This document shows, piece by piece, positions 18,352 to 24,000 of a stretch of DNA of 24,000 bases (position 1 is its first letter; the number at the start of each line of letters is the position of its first letter). The notes under the pieces were generated by a model, which was given only the letters and a program-made list of their open reading frames with translations, was not told where the DNA came from and made no database searches. Position numbers and translations under genes: made by a program. The stretch spans positions 155,155-179,154 of the forward strand of contig NZ_QGNJ01000009.1 of assembly GCF_003336875.1 (NCBI RefSeq). The letters run 5' to 3'. This stretch comes from Oleisolibacter albus (lineage in GTDB: Bacteria; Pseudomonadota; Alphaproteobacteria; Azospirillales; Azospirillaceae).

Positions 18352-18544
18352 TCCTTAAAAACTCCAGGCATTTACTGCCGGGCGGCATTGACCGCCCATC
18401 CAATCCCATGCTATCCCATATTCACCCAGAAAGAGGGATCCCGCGCCGGAAAACCGCCCGCTGTTCATCGGGCGGAGGTCGCGGGACCGAGCGGGCTCTG
18501 GGCAATGCGCAACGATGCCGACGGGCATCGAACCGGTGGGGACG

Positions 18545-19030
18545 ATGGGCCTGTTCCTGTCCACATACGTCAACAAGGTTGACAAGAAGGGTCGGGTCTC
18601 CGTGCCGGCACCCTTCCGCTCGGCCTTGCTCGGCGAGGGCGGTCAGGCCGAGCTGGTGGTGTTCCGCTCGCTCCAGGCCCAGGCGCTGGACGCCTGCCCC
18701 ATCGCCTATCTCGACCAGCTCTCCGCCGCCCTGGACGACCCGGCCACGCCCGACGATTACCGCGACCTGATCGAAACCACGGTGTTCGGCGGCTCGGTGC
18801 GCCTGACCATCGATCCCGAGGGGCGCATCATCATCCCGAACGAGTTCCTGACCTTCGCCGGCATCTCCGAGTCCGTGTCCTTCGTCGGCCGCCGCAAGAC
18901 CTTCCAGATCTGGGAGCCGGCGGCCTTCGCCGGGCATGAGCGCAGCAGCCGCGAGCAGGCCCGCGCCAACAACATCTCCCTCAGCACCATCCTGGCCAAG
19001 ACCAGCGGCCTGGCCAAGGGGGGCGCATGA
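18545..19030 (+). CDS. mraZ: Transcriptional regulator MraZ
   Basis: This lies within ORF 18515..19030. ATG 18545 gives the canonical N-terminus [29 protein letters not shown] second SpoVT/AbrB-like half is present ([18 protein letters not shown]). It is the first gene of the dcw cluster. Confidence 0.9.
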   Translation: MGLFLSTYVNKVDKKGRVSVPAPFRSALLGEGGQAELVVFRSLQAQALDACPIAYLDQLSAALDDPATPDDYRDLIETTVFGGSVRLTIDPEGRIIIPNEFLTFAGISESVSFVGRRKTFQIWEPAAFAGHERSSREQARANNISLSTILAKTSGLAKGGA

Positions 19031-19989
19031 GCACGGCCCTTCTCCACATCCCCGTCCTGCGCGACGAGGTGATGGCCGCCCTGGCGCCGCGCCCCGGCGC
19101 CGTCATGGTCGACGGCACCTTCGGCGCCGGCGGCTACAGCCGCGCCCTGCTTGAGGCCGGCTGCACCGTCTGGGCCATCGACCGCGATCCCGAGGCCGTG
19201 GCCCGCGGCGCGGCGCTCGGCGCCGCCTTCCCCGGCCGGCTGACCCTGCTGCCGGGCTGCTTCGGCGACATGGAGCGGCTGCTGGCCGCCCGCGGCGTGA
19301 CGCGGGTGGACGGCGTCACCCTGGATGTGGGCGTCTCCAGCCCGCAGATCGACGATCCCGCCCGCGGCTTCAGCTTCCGCTTCGACGGCCCGCTGGACAT
19401 GCGCATGGGACGGGATGGGCAATCGGCCGCCGATCTGGTCAACACCCTGCCCGAGGAGGAGCTGGCCGACATCGTCTGGCGCCTGGGCGAAGAGCGGCAT
19501 TCCCGCCGCGTGGCCCGCGCCGTGGTCGAACAGCGCAAGACCCAGCCCTTCACCCGCACGGTGGAGCTGGCCGAGCTGGTCCGCCGCGTGGTGCCGAAAT
19601 CCAAGGACGGCATCGACCCGGCCACCCGCACCTTCCAGGCCCTGCGCATCGCCGTGAATGACGAGCTGGGCGAGCTGGAGCGCGGGCTGGAGGCGGCCGA
19701 GCGGCTGCTGGCGCCCGGCGGGCGTCTGGCCGTGGTCAGCTTCCATTCGCTGGAGGACCGGGTGCTGAAGGAGTTCCTGCGCACGCGCTCCGGCAATGTG
19801 CCGTCGCCGTCGCGCCATCTGCCGGGTCCGGCCGCTGCCGGCCCCGCCCCCACCTTCCGCCTCTGGGCCAAGTCCGGTGTGACGCCGGGCGAGGCCGAGC
19901 TGGCCGCCAATCCGCGCGCCCGGTCCGCCCGGCTGCGCAGTGCCGAACGTACCGAAGCTAGGGCCTGGTCCCGGGGAGACGCCGCATGA
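19027..19989 (+). CDS. rsmH: 16S rRNA (cytosine1402-N4)-methyltransferase RsmH (MraW)
   Basis: Motifs are [55 protein letters not shown] and [10 protein letters not shown]. There is an ATGA overlap with the mraZ stop. Confidence 0.93.
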   Translation: MSTALLHIPVLRDEVMAALAPRPGAVMVDGTFGAGGYSRALLEAGCTVWAIDRDPEAVARGAALGAAFPGRLTLLPGCFGDMERLLAARGVTRVDGVTLDVGVSSPQIDDPARGFSFRFDGPLDMRMGRDGQSAADLVNTLPEEELADIVWRLGEERHSRRVARAVVEQRKTQPFTRTVELAELVRRVVPKSKDGIDPATRTFQALRIAVNDELGELERGLEAAERLLAPGGRLAVVSFHSLEDRVLKEFLRTRSGNVPSPSRHLPGPAAAGPAPTFRLWAKSGVTPGEAELAANPRARSARLRSAERTEARAWSRGDAA

Positions 19990-20447
19990 TCGGCAAGTCC
20001 GCCATCGTCTGGATCGCGCTGGCCTGCACCGCCAGCGGCATCCTCTATCAGACCAGCTACCGCGTGCAGGAGCAGGAGGAACGTCTGTCCCGCCTGAACC
20101 GGCAGATCGTGGCGGAGCAGGAGGCGATCCAGGTCCTCAAGGCCGAATGGGCCTATCTCAACGATCCCGACCGGCTGGAGAAGCTGGTGGCGGAGCATCT
20201 GGTGCTGCAGCCGACCAAGGCCGAGCAGATCGTCACCCTGGACCAGATCCCGCTGAAGACGCCGGCCCTGGTGGCCGAGGCGCCGCTGCCGTCGGGCCGC
20301 AAGCCGGCCTCCAGCCAGGTGGCCGAGAACCATGCCAGGTCCGCGCCGGCCACATCCGCCGCCGCCACCGCCACCGCGGCGCCCGGCAAGGAGGCGGGCC
20401 GCACCGCGGCGCCCGTTGTCAAGGTTCAGTACGGAGCCGCCCGATGA
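19986..20447 (+). CDS. ftsL: Cell division protein FtsL (alphaproteobacterial type)
   Basis: It has a single N-terminal TM segment ([15 protein letters not shown]) and then a coiled coil ([40 protein letters not shown]). Its position between rsmH and ftsI fits, with ATGA overlaps on both sides. Confidence 0.8.
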   Translation: MIGKSAIVWIALACTASGILYQTSYRVQEQEERLSRLNRQIVAEQEAIQVLKAEWAYLNDPDRLEKLVAEHLVLQPTKAEQIVTLDQIPLKTPALVAEAPLPSGRKPASSQVAENHARSAPATSAAATATAAPGKEAGRTAAPVVKVQYGAAR

Positions 20448-22234
20448 CCGACGCGCACCTGTCCCTGACCGGCTTCGATATCGCCGGCATCGAGCGGCTG
20501 CAGAATGCCCGGCCCGAGCCGCGGGTGCGGCTGCAGAGCCGCGCCTCCAGCGCGCTGGAACAGGGACGGTCGCGTCTGGTGGTGCTGTCGGCGCTGTTCG
20601 CCCTGGCCTTCGGCGCCGTGGGGCTGAAGCTGGTGGGGGCCACGGTGCTGACCGGGGGGGACGAACCCGTCACCGCCCGCACGGCGCTGCGCGCGCCCCA
20701 TGCCGGCCGCGCCGACATCGTCGACCGCAACGGCGTGCTGCTGGCCACCTCGCTGACCACGCAGTCGGCCTATGCCGACCCCAAGCTGATCCTCGACGCC
20801 CGCGAGGCGGCGGTGAAGCTGGCCAGCGTGCTGCCCGACCTCGATCCCAAGGCCATGGAGGCGGAGCTGCGCCAGGACCGGCGCTTTATCTGGATCCGGC
20901 GCAACCTGACGCCGAAGCAGCAGTACGAGATCAACCGGCTGGGCATCCCCGGCGTCTTCTTCCAGAAGGAGGAGCGCCGCATCTATCCGCAGGGCGATCT
21001 GGCGGCCCATGTGGTCGGCTTCACCGGCATCGACAATGCCGGCCTGATGGGCATCGAGCAGTCCTATGACAGCCGCCTGAAGGAGATGGACGGGCCGCTG
21101 CAGCTGTCCATCGATGTGCGGCTCCAGCATCTGCTGCGCCAGGAACTGGCCACCACCATGGAGGAGTTCAACGCCATCGGCGCCGCCGGCATGGTCATGG
21201 ATGTGAAGACCGGCGAGATCCTGGGCATGGTCAGCCTGCCCGATTTCGATCCGCACAGCCCGCCCCCGCCGCAGCCGGAACAGGACCTGGACCCCCGGTT
21301 CAACCGCAACACGCTGGGCGTGTACGAGATGGGGTCCACCTTCAAGATCCTGAACACGGCGCTGACGCTGGACAGCGGCAAGGTGCGGCTGCGCGACAGC
21401 TTCGACACCACGCATCCCATCCGCATCGGCCGCTTCACCATCACCGACTACCATCCCGAGAACAAATGGATGGATGTGGCGGAGATCTTCGAGGTCTCCT
21501 CCAACATCGGCTCGGTGCGCATGATCGAGCAGGTGGGGCCGGCGGCGCAGAAGGAGTTCATGACCAAGGTCGGCATGACCAGACCCGTTCCGCTGGAGAT
21601 CCCGGAAACGGGCTGGCCCATCGTGCCCAATCCCTGGCGCGAGGTGAACATGATGACCATCGCCTTCGGCCACGGCATGTCGGTCAGTCCGCTGCACACG
21701 GTCACGGCGGCGGCCGGCATCGTCAATGGCGGCATCATGCATCCGGCCACGCTGCTGAAGCGGGACCGGGGCGCGGAGGTGCCGGGCACCCGCATCATCT
21801 CCGAATCGACCTCCGACACCATGCGCAAGCTGATGCGGCTGGTGGTGACCAACGGCACCGCCAGCAAGGCCGACACGCCGGGCTATGTCGTCGGCGGCAA
21901 GACCGGCACGGCGGAGAAGGTCAAGAATGGCGGCTATGCGCGCAAGGCGCTGATCTCCTCCTTCCTCGGCGCCTTCCCCATGAACGACCCGCGCTATGTC
22001 GTCTATGTGCTGGTGGACGAACCCAAGGGCACCAAGAAAAGCTACGGCTTCGCCACCGGCGGCTGGGTCGGCGCGCCGACGGTGGGGCGCATCATCGCCC
22101 GCATGGGGCCGCTGCTGGGCATGCGGCCTGTGGACGCGCAATCGCCGGAGATTGTCCAAGCTCTTGCCATTAATCCGCAGCAGGCTAAGCCCCTCTCCCA
22201 GGTGGCGGCCAATCCCGGCGGCGGAACACGTTGA
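20444..22234 (+). CDS. ftsI: Peptidoglycan D,D-transpeptidase FtsI (PBP3)
   Basis: It is in frame within ORF 19940..22234. I chose ATG 20444 (MTDAHLSL...) because it overlaps the ftsL stop. A TM segment (LVVLSALFALAFGAVGL) and the transpeptidase motifs STFK, SSN and KTGT are present. Confidence 0.9.
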   Translation: MTDAHLSLTGFDIAGIERLQNARPEPRVRLQSRASSALEQGRSRLVVLSALFALAFGAVGLKLVGATVLTGGDEPVTARTALRAPHAGRADIVDRNGVLLATSLTTQSAYADPKLILDAREAAVKLASVLPDLDPKAMEAELRQDRRFIWIRRNLTPKQQYEINRLGIPGVFFQKEERRIYPQGDLAAHVVGFTGIDNAGLMGIEQSYDSRLKEMDGPLQLSIDVRLQHLLRQELATTMEEFNAIGAAGMVMDVKTGEILGMVSLPDFDPHSPPPPQPEQDLDPRFNRNTLGVYEMGSTFKILNTALTLDSGKVRLRDSFDTTHPIRIGRFTITDYHPENKWMDVAEIFEVSSNIGSVRMIEQVGPAAQKEFMTKVGMTRPVPLEIPETGWPIVPNPWREVNMMTIAFGHGMSVSPLHTVTAAAGIVNGGIMHPATLLKRDRGAEVPGTRIISESTSDTMRKLMRLVVTNGTASKADTPGYVVGGKTGTAEKVKNGGYARKALISSFLGAFPMNDPRYVVYVLVDEPKGTKKSYGFATGGWVGAPTVGRIIARMGPLLGMRPVDAQSPEIVQALAINPQQAKPLSQVAANPGGGTR

Positions 22235-23703
22235 TGAAAAGGCTCTCCGAACTCATGGCCTCGCGCACGGAAATCGCTATTTCGGCGTTGGCGCTGGAAC
22301 GCGACCCGCCGATCACGGAGATCACGGCGGACAGCCGCAAGGTGGTGCCCGGAACGCTGTTCGCCGCGTTGCCGGGCACTGTGCGTGATGGGCGGGACTT
22401 CATTCCCCAGGCGGTGGCGGCGGGCGCCGTGGCCGTGCTGGCGCCCAAGGGCACGGTGCTGCCGCCGGACTGCGGGTCGGTGGCCCTGATCGAGGACGAG
22501 AATCCGCGCCGCCGTCTGGCCCTGCTGGCCGCGGCCTTCTTTGCGGCCCAGCCCCGCACCATCGCCGCCGTCACCGGCACCAACGGCAAGACCTCCACGG
22601 CCCAGTTCACCCGCCAGATCTGGGAGGGGTTGGGCCACAAGGCCGCGGCCATGGGCACGCTGGGCCTGGTGGCGCCGGGCTTCCCGCAGAGCGGCAGCCT
22701 GACCACGCCCGATCCCATCGCGCTGCACCGCACCCTGGCCGAGGTGGCGGGAGCCGGCATCAACCATCTGGCCATGGAGGCGTCCAGCCACGGGCTGGAC
22801 CAATACCGCCTGGACGGGGTGCTGGTGACCACGGGCGGCTTCACCAACCTGACCCGCGACCATCTGGACTATCACGGCACCATGGAGGCCTATTTCAAGG
22901 CCAAGGCCATGCTGTTCGAGCGGGTGATGCCGCGCGGCGCCACCGCGGTCGTCAATGCCGACATCCCGGAATTCGAGCGTCTGGCCGCCCTGTGCAAGGC
23001 GCGCAAGCAGGCGGTCCTGGGCTTCGGCCAGTCCGGGCGCGAGCTGAAGGTGCTCGACCTCGCCCCCCTGCCCCATGGCCAGCGCCTGGAGCTGGAGGTG
23101 CTGGGGCAGCGCCGCACGGTGGAACTGCCGCTGGTCGGCCGTTTCCAGGTCTGGAACGCGCTCTGCGCCCTGGGCCTGGTCATCGGCGCCGGCGAGGCGG
23201 CCGGGGCCGCCGCCGATCAGCTGGAACGGCTGCAGGTGGTGCGCGGCCGGCTGGAGCTGGTGGCCCGCCTTAAAAATGGCGCAGCCGTCTATGTGGATTA
23301 CGCCCACACCCCCGACGGTCTGGAAACGGTTCTGAAATCCTTGCGGCCCCATACCCAGGCGCGCCTGTCGGTGGTGTTCGGCTGCGGCGGCGACCGGGAC
23401 CGCGGCAAACGGCCGATGATGGGCGGCATCGCCGCGCGGCTGGCCGACCGGGTCATCGTCACCGACGACAATCCGCGGTCGGAGGTGCCGGCCGCCATCC
23501 GGGCGGAGGTCATGGCCGGCTGCCCGGACGCGACCGAGATCGATGACCGGGCCAGGGCGATCGCCCTGGCCGTGGAGGAGCTGGGGGCCGGCGACGTGCT
23601 GGTCATCGCCGGCAAGGGACATGAGCAGGGGCAGATCATCGGCAACGAGGTCCGCCCCTTCGACGACGCGAGCGTGGCACGGGCCGCCATCGCCGGCATG
23701 TGA
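22234..23703 (+). CDS. murE: UDP-N-acetylmuramoyl-L-alanyl-D-glutamate--2,6-diaminopimelate ligase MurE
   Basis: The P-loop is GTNGKTST. DNPR (TDDNPRSE) is the meso-DAP specificity motif. ATG 22234 overlaps the ftsI TGA (TGATG). The ORF track starts one codon earlier, at TTG 22231. Confidence 0.92.
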   Translation: MKRLSELMASRTEIAISALALERDPPITEITADSRKVVPGTLFAALPGTVRDGRDFIPQAVAAGAVAVLAPKGTVLPPDCGSVALIEDENPRRRLALLAAAFFAAQPRTIAAVTGTNGKTSTAQFTRQIWEGLGHKAAAMGTLGLVAPGFPQSGSLTTPDPIALHRTLAEVAGAGINHLAMEASSHGLDQYRLDGVLVTTGGFTNLTRDHLDYHGTMEAYFKAKAMLFERVMPRGATAVVNADIPEFERLAALCKARKQAVLGFGQSGRELKVLDLAPLPHGQRLELEVLGQRRTVELPLVGRFQVWNALCALGLVIGAGEAAGAAADQLERLQVVRGRLELVARLKNGAAVYVDYAHTPDGLETVLKSLRPHTQARLSVVFGCGGDRDRGKRPMMGGIAARLADRVIVTDDNPRSEVPAAIRAEVMAGCPDATEIDDRARAIALAVEELGAGDVLVIAGKGHEQGQIIGNEVRPFDDASVARAAIAGM

Positions 23704-23721
23704 GGGACAGGAGACGACGGC

Positions 23722-24000
23722 ATGAAGACGGAGACCGGCACCCCGATCCTGTGGACCGCGGCCGACGCGGCCGCCGCCACCAATGGCCGTCTCCCGGCCC
23801 GTCTCCCGGCGGAGTCCAGCCGCGCCGAGTGGCAGGCCACCGGCGTTTCCATCGACAGCCGCACGGTGCAGCCGGGCGACCTGTTCGTGGCGCTGCGGGG
23901 TCCGAATTTCGACGGGCACGCCTTCGTCGCCGATGCGCTGGCCAAGGGGGCGGTGGCCGCCCTGGTCTCGGCGGTGCCGGCCGGCCTGCCGGCCGATGCG
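23722..24000 (+). CDS. murF: UDP-N-acetylmuramoyl-tripeptide--D-alanyl-D-alanine ligase MurF, 5' part only (continues past the window)
   Basis: It is absent from the ORF track because there is no stop in the window. CAGGAGAC precedes ATG 23722. The translation [24 protein letters not shown]...[41 protein letters not shown] is the typical MurF N-terminus, in the conserved position after murE. Confidence 0.85.
   Translation, partial: MKTETGTPILWTAADAAAATNGRLPARLPAESSRAEWQATGVSIDSRTVQPGDLFVALRGPNFDGHAFVADALAKGAVAALVSAVPAGLPADA

Noticed and set aside
20426-23919. 577-aa and 625-aa minus ORFs (20426..22159, 22042..23919)
   Set aside because: They are antisense shadows of ftsI and murE. They show no motifs and have biased R/G/A/H/D composition.

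Overview
This is a high-GC chromosomal window that looks alphaproteobacterial, possibly Rhodospirillales-like; that placement rests only on composition and gene order. About 22 genes are supported.

The right third (18.5-24 kb) is the start of the dcw cell-division/cell-wall cluster: mraZ-rsmH-ftsL-ftsI-murE-murF(partial). Three junctions have ATGA start/stop overlaps and one has TGATG. A 640-nt non-coding leader precedes the cluster, and a type-A RNase P RNA (rnpB) precedes that.

The middle holds ordinary housekeeping genes: a GNAT acetyltransferase, a DjlA-like J-domain protein, an ABC-F ATPase (Uup-like), a secreted EEP-family nuclease/phosphatase, an EamA transporter and an AmpD/AmiD-type amidase. 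The left end holds a partial DUF533/TerB-like gene, a YeeE/YedE membrane protein, an odd repeat protein (pentapeptide-like repeats plus DxDxDG calcium loops) and a large fused hydantoinase/5-oxoprolinase.

The stand-out region is 7.1-10.7 kb. A + strand operon encodes two proline-rich orphan proteins followed by four small mutually paralogous proteins. The first of the four is a clear RebB / 'killing trait' (R-body subunit) family member. The operon ends at a perfect bidirectional terminator that it shares with a convergent ECF-type sigma factor. I read this as an R-body (type 51 refractile body-like) production locus with its own regulator and uncharacterised accessory genes.

I saw no CRISPR arrays, tRNAs, rRNAs, transposases or integrases. 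Most of the long ORFs in the supplied track are antisense shadow frames typical of high-GC DNA.
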